From Alkalispirochaeta sp. (GTDB taxonomy: Bacteria > Spirochaetota > Spirochaetia > DSM-27196 > Alkalispirochaetaceae): a stretch of 64,000 nucleotides of DNA. Both the position numbers and the translations under genes were made by a program. Below the pieces are notes generated by a model, which saw only the letters and a program-made list of their open reading frames with translations, made no database searches and was not told the DNA's origin. Location of the stretch: NCBI GenBank assembly GCA_965601925.1, contig OZ271854.1, forward strand, positions 832,001-896,000. Reading direction: 5' to 3'. This document shows, one piece after another, positions 18,893 to 28,610 of this stretch (position 1 is the first letter of the stretch; each line of letters starts with the position of its first letter).

Positions 18893-19582
18893 TCACCACG
18901 GAAGCGGCTTTCCGTCCCGGAAGAATCCACCCGTCGGACCGTCGTCGGATACGGTAACCGCCCACACGACGCTCGCCGCGCCGTCGGTCACCGGTCGACC
19001 TCCGGAGCCGCCCATGTCGGTTGCGACCCACCCGGGGCAGATCGAGTTGACGAGAATGCCGTCGCTTTTCAGATCGGCGGCGAGTTGGCGCGTGAACGCG
19101 TTGAGGGCAGCCTTCGTCATACTGTAGACGGGCGCGCCCCCGCTCATTCCGGCGAGCGAGCCCGCCTCGCTGGAGACGTTGACGATGCGTCCGCGGGAGC
19201 TCTTGCGCACCAACGGTACGAATGCGCGAGCCATACGCCATGGTCCGTAGACGTTGGTCTCCACGGCGCGCCGCATCCTATCCAGGTCGACGGTGGAGGC
19301 GCGTTGGTCCATGTCGTAGTCGATCCCGGCGTTGTTGACCAACACGTCGAGCACTCCGTATTCCGATTCGATCCACTTCCGAAGCGCCTCGACGCTCGAT
19401 GGATCGGTAACGTCGAGGCGTCGGGGAATCACACGCTCGTGATCCATACCCGTGGCGGCGCGACGGCCCTTCTTCTCGTCTCGCGCTCCGAGTACGACCG
19501 TGTAGCCCAGTGCCGCCAACTGCCGCACGACCTCAAGGCCGATTCCTCGGTTGGCGCCGGTTACTACTGCAATACCGTTCAA
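18893..19582 (-). CDS. SDR oxidoreductase (carbonyl-reductase-like)
   Basis: TGANRGIG, NNAG, YSMTK, PGWVATDM; TTG start with GAGGAGGAG RBS. Confidence 0.93.
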   Translation of the reverse strand: MNGIAVVTGANRGIGLEVVRQLAALGYTVVLGARDEKKGRRAATGMDHERVIPRRLDVTDPSSVEALRKWIESEYGVLDVLVNNAGIDYDMDQRASTVDLDRMRRAVETNVYGPWRMARAFVPLVRKSSRGRIVNVSSEAGSLAGMSGGAPVYSMTKAALNAFTRQLAADLKSDGILVNSICPGWVATDMGGSGGRPVTDGAASVVWAVTVSDDGPTGGFFRDGKPLPW

Positions 19583-19643
19583 TGTACTCCTCCTCGCGGC
19601 CCGCCCTCTCCCGACCCATTCCGGCGACGCCGAGCCCGTCGCA

Positions 19644-20294
19644 CTACCGTTGCCCGTGGACGAGCGCCTTCAGCGCGGTTGCATCCAGCTCCAGGGTGTA
19701 GAGCTCCCGGTTGGGCTGCATCACCCCGGTACGATCCAAACCTCCAACGTCCACGGCGGCGAAACCGATGTCGGTCAACAGCGCCTCAACGACCTCTCGC
19801 GCCGAACCGTCGTCGGCGGCAAAGGGGATCGCCAGCCGGCCCGGACCCGATTCAAACGCGCGGTCGCGGAGCGTCTTGAAGTAGATCGTATTGAACACCT
19901 TCGCAACCGAAGCGCCGGAAAAGTAATGCGCAACCCATTCGGTCTCCGAGAGACCGCGCTCCTCCATCTCTCGCCCCGGCCGATCACCGTCCCGCCCGGG
20001 ATAGTAGTTACCGGCGTCCAAGAGTACCTTTCCCGCGAGCGGACCGATCAGGTTCGCCGTATCGGGAACCAAACCGAAGGGAATTGCCAGGAGTATAACC
20101 TCGCCGACCGCGGCGGCATTCTCGACAGTGTCCGCACGAGCGTCCGGTCCCGCCTCGGACACGAGTCCGCCCAAACGCTCGGGATGACGGGAGCTGAACA
20201 CGACGCGATGACCGGCCCGAGCGAAATGTACGCCGACGGTACCGCCGATATTGCCTGAGCCGATCACGCCGATGGTGTAGGGGCTACGCTCCAT
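19644..20294 (-). CDS. NADPH-dependent F420-reductase-family oxidoreductase
   Basis: IGSGNIG, LLDAGN, VAKVFNT, GFAAVDVG. Confidence 0.9.
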   Translation of the reverse strand: MERSPYTIGVIGSGNIGGTVGVHFARAGHRVVFSSRHPERLGGLVSEAGPDARADTVENAAAVGEVILLAIPFGLVPDTANLIGPLAGKVLLDAGNYYPGRDGDRPGREMEERGLSETEWVAHYFSGASVAKVFNTIYFKTLRDRAFESGPGRLAIPFAADDGSAREVVEALLTDIGFAAVDVGGLDRTGVMQPNRELYTLELDATALKALVHGQR

Positions 20295-20476
20295 ATGTTA
20301 CTCCTTGTTCCTCTGAAGGGGATGCGTCGCCGGTACACGGGAACGACGGGCCGCCTCACCGACGGCCTCGGTAAAGGTACGACGATCCACACGGAGACGA
20401 CAAACGGAGATTAGAGGGACGCCGTCGAAGGTCCGATGCCGGAGCGCTTCGTCGGCGACGACGCTTTCGTGCCCAC

Positions 20477-20887
20477 CTACCGCAGGTCCCACGCGACGAT
20501 GAGACCGTCTCGAACGGTGAAATAATAGTTCGCTTGACCGTTCCAACCGGTCGAGCGGAATCGACCGGCGAGTCGGACGTCGTCTCCATCTTCGGCGAGC
20601 TCGTACTCCTCGATTCGGCCGGCGACGTCGAAGATGTCGGTACTCCACCAGCTATCGAGGCGAGTGTGACTGAGGCACGATCCGCCGTAGCCGATACACG
20701 CGTCGTCCGAGACCAGCGCGAGAGCGGCATCGCGATCACCGCTGTTGATCGCCTCGACAAACTGCATCACGACCGAAACGGTAGGACTCGACTGAGCCGC
20801 ATCGGTCGTTTGAGACGTGACGACGCTCGACACGCCTAGAAAGAAGACCACTATACACAGTGCACGGCTTCTCAATGTAGTTTTCAA
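20477..20887 (-). CDS. exported NTF2/SnoaL-like protein
   Basis: Signal peptide; FVEAINSGD..AALAL..DDA; FTVRDGLI; AGGAGG RBS. Confidence 0.8.
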   Translation of the reverse strand: MKTTLRSRALCIVVFFLGVSSVVTSQTTDAAQSSPTVSVVMQFVEAINSGDRDAALALVSDDACIGYGGSCLSHTRLDSWWSTDIFDVAGRIEEYELAEDGDDVRLAGRFRSTGWNGQANYYFTVRDGLIVAWDLR

Positions 20888-21050
20888 AACAATACCTCCT
20901 GGGACGGGAGTGGCTTATACTCACGCTCGATCGTGTCGATGCGGCGTTTCGACGGATACGGGCTCGAACCCGCCGCCTGCGCCCGTGCAGACGATGATAA
21001 CCGTACGACTCGCCGTCGGTCGAGAACGGCGACCATCATGCTTGTGCACG

Positions 21051-21614
21051 CTACGGCGTGACGGGGACGTACGTTCGTACCACGTCGTTGCCGCGCATGT
21101 AGGTGGCGACGAACGTCATGCCGGTTACCATCCACCGACCGTCGATTCGCTCCAAAGTGTGCGTATAGTCACCCCACACCTCCCACAGATCGTCGGGCGC
21201 CTCGCTCGGGAGGTGGTTGAACGCGTAGCCCTTGGAGAAGACCTCCGCCGTAACGCCGTCGATCGTGACGCGATGGTTGCCGTACATGTGGTAACTCGGT
21301 TTGCCGTCGAACAGCGCAATACTCCAGCCCGCCGCAAGATCGCGCGACGCCATTGTACCCGGTCGGCCGCCGGCCAACGAGGTGAAATCGACGTATATCT
21401 CCTCGGTAAAGAACGACGCGACGGCGTCCCAATCCTTCTCGTCGACGGCGATCGCGATGCCTTCGATTGCCCGCACGATTTCGTACTCGTCCACAATGTG
21501 TTGTACTACCTCGTCCCGTGTCGCCTCCCGTTCTCCGCCGGCAAACACTCCGGCGATACCGGCTACGGCGAGTAATCCCAACCCCATGGAGACCGTTCGT
21601 GTGCTGTTCTTCAT
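21051..21614 (-). CDS. exported NTF2/SnoaL-like protein
   Basis: ATG 21614; signal VFA-GGERE; AVDEKDWD..FTE..VDF; H..GNH.V.IDG..A. Confidence 0.85.
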   Translation of the reverse strand: MKNSTRTVSMGLGLLAVAGIAGVFAGGEREATRDEVVQHIVDEYEIVRAIEGIAIAVDEKDWDAVASFFTEEIYVDFTSLAGGRPGTMASRDLAAGWSIALFDGKPSYHMYGNHRVTIDGVTAEVFSKGYAFNHLPSEAPDDLWEVWGDYTHTLERIDGRWMVTGMTFVATYMRGNDVVRTYVPVTP

Positions 21615-21628
21615 TCGTCTCTCCGTAC

Positions 21629-22534
21629 TCACAATGTTTGTGCGAAATGGTTCGCCGCAACGGCAACCGCTTTTCCGACCTGCGGCTCTTGATCGTAGAA
21701 ATCGAACTGTGCGCCTTGCGTCCAGAAGATGTCCTTGGGACCGGCGAGGTTTGCAAAGAACTGTCGCGCACCGTCCGGGACGGCGGCGCCTTCCGAGTGA
21801 ACCACCACCGTCGGTGCATCGATGTCCGCCCCGTATCGCACGCCGTCGAACCGCAACCACTCGGGCCACGACATGACGGCGAAACGATTCGTCCACTCGG
21901 GGATCGCACCGCGCGCCGGATCGAGGTAAAAGGTGAAGGGGCCGTACATCGCAGCCGCCTCGTCGGTGTCACTGCACGCCGGCACATAGTCGACCTCACC
22001 GGTGCGCTCGTACCGCTCGCGCGCCGCCTCGCCGGCGTCGATCTTCCGCGCCACGCCGTCCGCACCTCCGTAGATCGCCTCGACGATCGGGGAGTTGTGC
22101 AGCCACGGGGCGACCAACGCGAGGGATTTGATTCGTCGATCACGCGCGGCGGTGCCGGACATGTACCCGGCGCTCGCGCAGATACCGATCGCGCCGATTC
22201 GGTCCCCATCGACAAACGGTAACGACGCGAGATAGGTGACCGCGTTACGGTTGTCCTCCATCTTCAGCGTCGGCGACTCGTACTGACGCGGCTCACCCTC
22301 ACTCTCGCCGTAGTTGCGAAAGTCGTAGTCCAGCGTGACGAACCCCGAGCGCGAAAGCCGCTCGGCGTATCGATCCGACATCTGCTCCTTTACCGACGTC
22401 CACGTACCTCCTACAACGACTCCGGGATATCCATGATGCGGATTGAAGTCCGGAGGGAGAAACAGATTTCCCTTCAGTGTAACGTCGCCGCTGGTGAACG
22501 ACGTCGAGTTTTTCCCCGACTCGAATGCACTCAC
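21629..22534 (-). CDS. alpha/beta hydrolase, Cys-nucleophile (YcjY-like)
   Basis: SVKEQ, GESEGEPR, GICASAG; GGAGGAGG RBS. Confidence 0.88.
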   Translation of the reverse strand: MSAFESGKNSTSFTSGDVTLKGNLFLPPDFNPHHGYPGVVVGGTWTSVKEQMSDRYAERLSRSGFVTLDYDFRNYGESEGEPRQYESPTLKMEDNRNAVTYLASLPFVDGDRIGAIGICASAGYMSGTAARDRRIKSLALVAPWLHNSPIVEAIYGGADGVARKIDAGEAARERYERTGEVDYVPACSDTDEAAAMYGPFTFYLDPARGAIPEWTNRFAVMSWPEWLRFDGVRYGADIDAPTVVVHSEGAAVPDGARQFFANLAGPKDIFWTQGAQFDFYDQEPQVGKAVAVAANHFAQTL

Positions 22535-22599
22535 TACTTCGTACCTCCTCCACCGGTAGATGTTGGACAGAACCTACCGCCGCAGGCCGAGCGGGGCTT

Positions 22600-22635
22600 G
22601 TACATTTCTGCGGAGATGGCTGGACATTCTTGCGG
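22600..22635 (-). promoter_or_regulatory. tandem direct repeat, candidate AraC-type activator site
   Basis: Minus strand CCGCAAGAATGTCC and CCGCAGAAATGTAC, 22 nt apart, upstream of TAGGTT (22576-22571). Confidence 0.4.
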
Positions 22636-22702
22636 TCGTGTGAGCGGAGACGCCCGAGTGGTCGTGGTCGTCTCCGCGGTGCACGCTCTTACAATGGCCG
22701 GG

Positions 22703-23689
22703 TCATGACGGCTCCTCGACAGGCTGTAGACTCGTGGACTCCGAAAGCGGGCGGGACGTGGAGGATCCCGCTCCCGAGTCGCCGGCACGCAGCCGTGCTG
22801 GCACTGCGCGGCCCGGGTCGAACGTTGCCGGAATCGGTACGCGCTCGAGCTCCCGCAGACTTCGGACACCCAGCCAGTTGCGATCGCGCCACCACCCGAG
22901 CTCGAACGTCATCAGACCGGCCAACTTCTCAAGCTGCGCGGCTCCTTCGGGCCCCCGCTTGCTCAAGATTTTTTCAATCATCCGTACCAAAAGGCGCGGA
23001 GGGTCGGGCTGACCGGCGATCGGCCCCCTGTGGAGATAATGGACCGCGTAAGTGCCCGCCATTTTCCGTTTCATGACTCGAAACATTCTTCGGTTCCAGG
23101 CCGTCGCCGGGGGAGTCCGCCCGGCGGCCAGCGTTCGCGCTACGCGCTTGGCAAGCCCCGCATATCGTGCCGTTTCAGACTCCTTGCGCGGGAAGAAGCC
23201 GGGGGTAAAGGCGCCTCGTGCGGCAACGGTTCCAAACGAGTGGGTTCCGTAGGTTGCCAGCATCTTCTCCAGGAAACGGCCGGTTGGACCGCATCCGTCA
23301 TTCCCGGTCGTGACGACCGACAGGCTGGGTTTGCCCAGAAGGGGGAAGACGTGGCACCACGTGAAGAGCCGATCGAAAAACGCCTTCATCTGGGCGGTCA
23401 CCTGGTTGGTGTAGACCGGGCTCGCCAGAACCAGCATGTCGCACTCGAGCATTGCCGATTGGATCTTTGCAAGATCATCGCCGCTGAGTGGACATGCGTG
23501 TCCGGTGGTGCAGGCCCAGCAACCCCGACACGGACGAACGTCGACGGCTCCCAGGATCACGACCTCTCGACTCAGTCGTACGCCGTGCTCCTCGACACGA
23601 TCCAAAACGTTCTCGGCGAATGCCGCGGTGTTGGAGCCCCTCTTATGCGGGCTTCCGACAATGACGAGTACTTTTATCGGTTGCTTCAT
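22703..23689 (-). CDS. flavodoxin-fold NADPH-dependent FMN reductase / iron-sulfur flavoprotein family
   Basis: GSPH..GSNT, CRGCWAC....ACP, ASPVY, MKAFFDR; long C-terminal extension. Confidence 0.88.
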   Translation of the reverse strand: MKQPIKVLVIVGSPHKRGSNTAAFAENVLDRVEEHGVRLSREVVILGAVDVRPCRGCWACTTGHACPLSGDDLAKIQSAMLECDMLVLASPVYTNQVTAQMKAFFDRLFTWCHVFPLLGKPSLSVVTTGNDGCGPTGRFLEKMLATYGTHSFGTVAARGAFTPGFFPRKESETARYAGLAKRVARTLAAGRTPPATAWNRRMFRVMKRKMAGTYAVHYLHRGPIAGQPDPPRLLVRMIEKILSKRGPEGAAQLEKLAGLMTFELGWWRDRNWLGVRSLRELERVPIPATFDPGRAVPARLRAGDSGAGSSTSRPLSESTSLQPVEEPS

Positions 23690-23967
23690 GGTTCGATACC
23701 TCCGCTCGGTGCCCAGATCGTGTGTCGCACCAGTCCGAGCGGACGGAGAGCAGCGACAACGCAGGCACCGAATCGGCTACCGTGCTCTCCCTCCGGGACA
23801 TCCGCGTGCGAGATGTGGACACTGAAGTCCGTCGAGACCGAAAGACTTCGGAACACGGTGACGGGAGCCGTACGACGGCTTCCGAAAAGCAACTCCAACC
23901 GGTGTTCCACCGCTCCCACCGACTCTCGCGCGGCACGGAGCTCTATGATTTCGAGCCACATCTTCAC
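23686..23967 (-). CDS. small hypothetical protein, first gene of the sigma-54 transcript
   Basis: WLEIIELR...TDFSVHI...GLVRHTIW; GTG 23967 or ATG 23961 just after the -24/-12 promoter; ATGA coupling to the next gene. Confidence 0.7.
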   Translation of the reverse strand: MKMWLEIIELRAARESVGAVEHRLELLFGSRRTAPVTVFRSLSVSTDFSVHISHADVPEGEHGSRFGACVVAALRPLGLVRHTIWAPSGGIEP

Positions 23968-23978
23968 ATCAGGAGATA

Positions 23979-23994
23979 AGCAATCGGCGTGCCA
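23979..23994 (-). promoter_or_regulatory. sigma-54 (-24/-12) promoter
   Basis: Minus strand TGGCACG-CCGA-TTGCT, a perfect match to TGGCACG-N4-TTGCW. Confidence 0.9.
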
Positions 23995-24064
23995 GGTCAA
24001 AACCGGCGTCGAAGAGGCGGGCGGCGGGGCATCCGGCCCTATTCTCTGCTCTAAGACCTGGGCG

Positions 24065-24103
24065 ACTGCGATATTTCGCGACTGCACACTGCGATATATC
24101 GCG
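24065..24103. promoter_or_regulatory. tandem palindromic enhancer (UAS) sites
   Basis: ACTGCGATATTTCGCG (24065-24080) and ACTGCGATATATCGCG (24088-24103); core GCGATATATCGC palindrome; 23-nt period. Confidence 0.7.
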
Positions 24104-24124
24104 GAATCGCGCGCTCGCGTTCGA

Positions 24125-25645
24125 CTACGAGTTCCTGCCGTACGGAATCCTCAGCTTGTCCATGCGGCTCCGAAGGGTGCTGGGCTTAAGTCCGAGTATT
24201 GCGGCCGCGCCCTCTTTTCCATCGACTTGCCCTCCCGTCCTGGCGAGCACCTCGCGGATGTGGCGAACCGTCACGGTGTCCAGCCGATCGCACGCTCCTC
24301 CGCCCTCGTGAAGAGATGGGCCGGTGACGATACCGAGATGCGCAGGCTCGACGGGTCGGTTCCACGCCAGAATGAGGGCGCGTTCTATGACGTTGGCGAG
24401 CTCGCGTATGTTTCCCGGCCATCCGTATTGAGCGAGACGGTCCATCGCAGCCTCCGTCACCGCCGGTACGGAGGAGAGCTTCAGTTCCTTTGCCTTGAGG
24501 ACGAGAAAGTGTCGGACCAGAGCTGGGAGATCGATCATTCTCTCCCGTAGCGGAGGAACGTGAATCGGAAAGACACTGAGCCGAAACCAGAGATCGCTGC
24601 GGAACTCGCCGCTTGTAACCATTCCTTCGAGATTGCGATTGGTGGCCGCAAGAACCCGGATGTCCAGAGTGATCGTCTCGCTTCCGCCCACGCGCTCAAT
24701 GGTGCGATCTTGGAGGACGCGCAGAAGCTTGACTTGCGCCTGGGGAGGGAGCTCGCCGACCTCGTCGAGAAAGATGGTTCCCCCGTCGGCTCGCTCGAAC
24801 CGGCCCCGTTGTCTACTGAGGGCGCCGGTAAAGGCGCCCCTCTCGTGTCCAAACAGCTCGCTGTCCAGCAGGCTCTCGGGAATCGCGCCGCAATTGACGG
24901 ATATGAACGGACCCTCGCGTCTGGATGAGGCGGCGTGTATCGCATTGGCGATGACGTCCTTTCCGACACCGGTCTCTCCGAGAAGCAGCACCGGGCTGTC
25001 CAGGCGCGCGACGCGCATTGCCTGATCCATGACGGACTTGAGTCCGAAATCGGCGCCGACGATCGTCTCGCCTCCGTCGCGCGCGAGCTCCCCGCGAAGA
25101 TACCGATTCTCGTCGGCCAGAAGCTCCTTGAGGTGATTCACCTCGGCGTGCCGTAGTGCATTGGAGAGCGCTACGGCAAACGGCTCCCGCAGCAGACACA
25201 TCAGCTCCGCGTGGTGCTCGGTAAACGGCTCGCCCTGCGAGATCAAAACGGCGTTCCCCAACATCGCGTCCGCCGGACCCACGGGCAGGACCATCAGAGA
25301 ACGAGCCCGTTGACGGTGAAAGGTAAGGAGCTCTCGCGCCGGCGACTGGTTCTCCGGATCCGTGTACACGTACGGCCCCGGGGCGCCGTCCTGCAACCAC
25401 CGCTTCATGATCGCGCGAGCCCGGCCGTCCAGAGGCGCCAGAGTATCCGCCCCTCTCCCCGCCTCGACGTCCGCTTCCGCAATCGTCCGTACCGCAGAGA
25501 GCCCTTGGTCGTAGTACTCGACGAAGAGTTTGTCCACCGGGATGGTCGGTCTGAGGTACCGTAGAAGCTCTACCATCGCGTGGTGGATCTCGAGATTTCC
25601 GCAGATCCTCAGCGTCGCCTGACGGAAGAACTCGGCTTCATCCAT
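24125..25645 (-). CDS. sigma-54-dependent activator (GAF-AAA+-HTH, FhlA/NifA-like)
   Basis: GETGVGKD, SELFGHERGAFTGA, FLDEVGE, WPGNIREL, C-terminal GAAAILGLKPSTL. Confidence 0.96.
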   Translation of the reverse strand: MDEAEFFRQATLRICGNLEIHHAMVELLRYLRPTIPVDKLFVEYYDQGLSAVRTIAEADVEAGRGADTLAPLDGRARAIMKRWLQDGAPGPYVYTDPENQSPARELLTFHRQRARSLMVLPVGPADAMLGNAVLISQGEPFTEHHAELMCLLREPFAVALSNALRHAEVNHLKELLADENRYLRGELARDGGETIVGADFGLKSVMDQAMRVARLDSPVLLLGETGVGKDVIANAIHAASSRREGPFISVNCGAIPESLLDSELFGHERGAFTGALSRQRGRFERADGGTIFLDEVGELPPQAQVKLLRVLQDRTIERVGGSETITLDIRVLAATNRNLEGMVTSGEFRSDLWFRLSVFPIHVPPLRERMIDLPALVRHFLVLKAKELKLSSVPAVTEAAMDRLAQYGWPGNIRELANVIERALILAWNRPVEPAHLGIVTGPSLHEGGGACDRLDTVTVRHIREVLARTGGQVDGKEGAAAILGLKPSTLRSRMDKLRIPYGRNS

Positions 25646-26945
25646 ATCGATTTCCGCCCCCGTGGACGAACGCGGTCGGTACTCGTCGTCTTCTACGGCG
25701 GAGCCGTCCCGACGGCGGCCCGCCGGTCCCCGGCGCCTCTTCGGGTCGGTACCACTCGCGACTCCAGCCGCTCAGGGCGTCGAGTGCCGCCCGAGGACCT
25801 CCCGTTGCGCGGAGCTTTCGACCGAGCGCCGCCGCCCTCTCTCGATACGTCTCGCGCTTCGCAAGCACGTCGCGAAGCCACGTCGGATTAAACTCGGACA
25901 GTTCTCCCATTTCGCCGGCTCCCGTGTGCTTCAGGTGCATCGCGTTAAACCGTCGCTCGAAAACCGACCCCGGGAAGGCGATTACGGGCACGTCGTGGAT
26001 GAGGGACCGAACAATGGAGTTTTGGCCGCCGTGGCAAATCGTCCAGTCGCAGAGCGGCAGAACTCGCTCGACGGGAAGATAGGGGTGAAATTCGACCGAG
26101 GCGATTCTACGAGGTCTTCGTATCGACTGAGAAGCGACGAGGCACGTGCACTCACCACGGTCGGGAAAGACCGCCGGCAAGACGTCCTTGAGTGTCGAGA
26201 GAGGCACGGACCCGGTTCCGACGTATACGAAGACGAAACGGCGAGACCGGTCAACTTCAACATCCGTCGGGATATCGAGGTCGGCGAGAAGCGGGCCGAC
26301 GTAGCGAACGTGGGGATCGTCCGGGTCGGCGTCGTCGAGGTCCGGAACGGAAGGAACAAGCTTAAGTACGTGATTTCCGAAACAAAGATCCTCCGGCGCC
26401 ATCGACGACGCCGTTCCCCGCGTAAGCACTCGATTCGTCGCGGCTTTGAAAACCTTCCATAGGAACGACCTCCGTCCCGTGAGGACGACGGAAGAGAAGG
26501 TGCTCGCGACCGGTATCCGGAGCATGACCGCCGAGAGGAAGGCGACGGGGTTGTAGTCGGTGAGGATGACATCGGGACGAAAAGACTCGATCGCGCGCCG
26601 CTCGGCCCGCACGGCTCGAGTAAGGTACGAAACGTCGGCGTATCCCGAGAATACGAACACCATCCACATCGAGCCGATCGAACGCCCATCGGTCGCCGGT
26701 GCGGAGCTTCGTTGCGATCGCGACACGACGAGATCCGACACGGCACGAGGCAGGCCGAGAATCCGCGGCTCCGGCGCGGGAGCCACGTCGAAGCCTCGCG
26801 AAACCATGACGGTCCGTGCAGGCTCCGCGGCACTCACCAGTACGCCGTGCCCGGAGCGCCGCGCCTCTTCGGCGAGGGAAAGAACGCGCGTAAGGCCTCC
26901 CCACGTGGCGGCGGGGGGCGAAAACACCGATATGAAAATCTTCAT
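25638..26945 (-). CDS. GT-B glycosyltransferase (GT1/MGT-like)
   Basis: WGGLTR.L.LA, FRPDVI, VGP, YVGTGS, ICHGGQNS; ATG 26945 with GGAGG RBS. Confidence 0.82.
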   Translation of the reverse strand: MKIFISVFSPPAATWGGLTRVLSLAEEARRSGHGVLVSAAEPARTVMVSRGFDVAPAPEPRILGLPRAVSDLVVSRSQRSSAPATDGRSIGSMWMVFVFSGYADVSYLTRAVRAERRAIESFRPDVILTDYNPVAFLSAVMLRIPVASTFSSVVLTGRRSFLWKVFKAATNRVLTRGTASSMAPEDLCFGNHVLKLVPSVPDLDDADPDDPHVRYVGPLLADLDIPTDVEVDRSRRFVFVYVGTGSVPLSTLKDVLPAVFPDRGECTCLVASQSIRRPRRIASVEFHPYLPVERVLPLCDWTICHGGQNSIVRSLIHDVPVIAFPGSVFERRFNAMHLKHTGAGEMGELSEFNPTWLRDVLAKRETYRERAAALGRKLRATGGPRAALDALSGWSREWYRPEEAPGTGGPPSGRLRRRRRRVPTAFVHGGGNRYG

Positions 26946-26985
26946 CACCGCGCCTCCGCTCTCATCATACACCCCGTACGGGCTC

Positions 26986-27894
26986 TCAGCTATCGACGTG
27001 ACCCACGCGATCGTTGCATACCGGTAGTCGACGGTCGTCTCCCCGAGCCTCCTTCGGTACCGATACGCGTTGCGCCGTCACGACGCTTGCACACACGACG
27101 AGCATGCCCGATAGCTGAATCGGGGAGAAGGTCTGATCCAATACGACGATGCCGGCGACGACCGCCACGATGGGGCTGAGCAACACGAGCACCGATACGT
27201 GCCAAGCCTTGGGGATTCGTTCGATTCCGCGAAACCACGCGACGTAGGCGACGCCGGTGTTAAGAACCACGAGCCACGTTAATCCGATGAGGTTGCCGAA
27301 AGTGAACGCCGGTACGGAAGGCGCCGTCACGAGGGCAATTATTCCAACCACGAAGGCACCGGCGCTAAGCTGCCAACCGGTAAACGATACGAGCGACACC
27401 GGCCGCCCCCAACGTTTTGTCAGCACGACGCCGACTGCCATGGAAATCGCGGCGCCGATCGCGGAGAGAACGCCGACGGCGTCCCAACTCGAACCGGGGC
27501 CGAGGACCAACAAACCGACTCCAAGCACGCCGGTACAAGAGGCGGCCACAGCCGCCGGTGACGGTCGTTGACCGTCGAGAGGCCACGAAAGCAGGAGAAC
27601 CACGATGGGCTGTATCGCGCCGACGGTCGTTATCACTCCACCGGGGAGTCTGTACGCTGCAAAGAACAGCAGCGCAAAGAACATGCCTATGTTAAGGGTG
27701 CCGAGGACCAGACTACGCCACCACCAGACACCGTGCGGCAAGGTACGGCCCACAACCGTAAGGACCACGCCGACCGGCAGGGCTCGAAATGTTGCGGCGA
27801 GGAAGGGGTGAAACCCAGGCAAGAGCTCCGTGCTTACGACATAGGTCGTACCCCACAAAATCGGCGCCAACGAGGCCACGATAACGTTATGCAT
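26986..27894 (-). CDS. pecM: EamA/DMT transporter, PecM-like
   Basis: APILWGTTYVV.TELLP, RALPVG, AAYRLPGG, LTKRWGRP; about 10 TM; divergent from a MarR gene. Confidence 0.88.
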   Translation of the reverse strand: MHNVIVASLAPILWGTTYVVSTELLPGFHPFLAATFRALPVGVVLTVVGRTLPHGVWWWRSLVLGTLNIGMFFALLFFAAYRLPGGVITTVGAIQPIVVLLLSWPLDGQRPSPAAVAASCTGVLGVGLLVLGPGSSWDAVGVLSAIGAAISMAVGVVLTKRWGRPVSLVSFTGWQLSAGAFVVGIIALVTAPSVPAFTFGNLIGLTWLVVLNTGVAYVAWFRGIERIPKAWHVSVLVLLSPIVAVVAGIVVLDQTFSPIQLSGMLVVCASVVTAQRVSVPKEARGDDRRLPVCNDRVGHVDS

Positions 27895-27899
27895 AATAC

Positions 27900-27977
27900 C
27901 TCCATATAAAGCTTCTTTATATCAAGATACTTTATATAAAGAATATAGATGACATATATCTTTGCGTCAAGATATAT
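27900..27977. promoter_or_regulatory. array of CTT-N6-AAG MarR/PecS-type operators
   Basis: Sites at 27900 (CTC variant), 27915, 27930 and 27960; best is ATATATCTT-TGCGTC-AAGATATAT (27954-27977). Confidence 0.75.
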
Positions 27978-28012
27978 ACGTGAACAGTATGCGCTGTTAT
28001 ACTCGAACCATC

Positions 28013-28516
28013 GTGAGTGACCATGTCGATTTCATATTGTCCCAGTGGACCGGCGAACGCCCCGATATAGACCCGTCGCCTATAGGTGTCGTCGGAAGGG
28101 TCTCGCGCCTGTCGCGCTACCTCGAAGCACGTATGGAAGAGGACTACGCCCAGTTCGGACTCAACGGAGCCGATTTCGACGTGCTGGCGACCTTGAGACG
28201 AAGTGGCACACCGTATCAACTCACGCCGACGGCGCTGTACAAGGCGACGATGCTCTCATCGGGGGCGATGACCAACCGTCTCGATAGACTCGAACGGAGG
28301 GGTCACATCGAGCGCAGGCCCCATCCCGAAGACCGAAGGGGAACGCTCGTTACGTTGACCGAGCAGGGCCTCGAGACGATCAATGCCGCGGTCCCCTCGC
28401 ACGTGAGCTACGAAGCGGAGCTGCTGAAAACGCTCGACGGACATGAACGACGCGTCCTGGCGCAGCTGCTGAGGAAGCTCTTGATATCCCTCGGAGATGT
28501 ACACAAGGCTCATTGA
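28013..28516 (+). CDS. pecS: MarR-family regulator, PecS-like
   Basis: DHVD.I..QW..ERPD, FDVLATLRRSG.PY.LTPT, SSGAMTNRLDRLE, DRRG; GTG 28013 after TGnTATACT. Confidence 0.88.
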   Translation: MSDHVDFILSQWTGERPDIDPSPIGVVGRVSRLSRYLEARMEEDYAQFGLNGADFDVLATLRRSGTPYQLTPTALYKATMLSSGAMTNRLDRLERRGHIERRPHPEDRRGTLVTLTEQGLETINAAVPSHVSYEAELLKTLDGHERRVLAQLLRKLLISLGDVHKAH

Positions 28517-28610
28517 GCCCCAAGGCATCGAGCCCTCCGAGAGCGGACACGGTCTTCTTCGTCTCCCGGTGCGCTTCCGTCCATCCGGTCGCGCATGCGG
28601 CTTCGGACCG

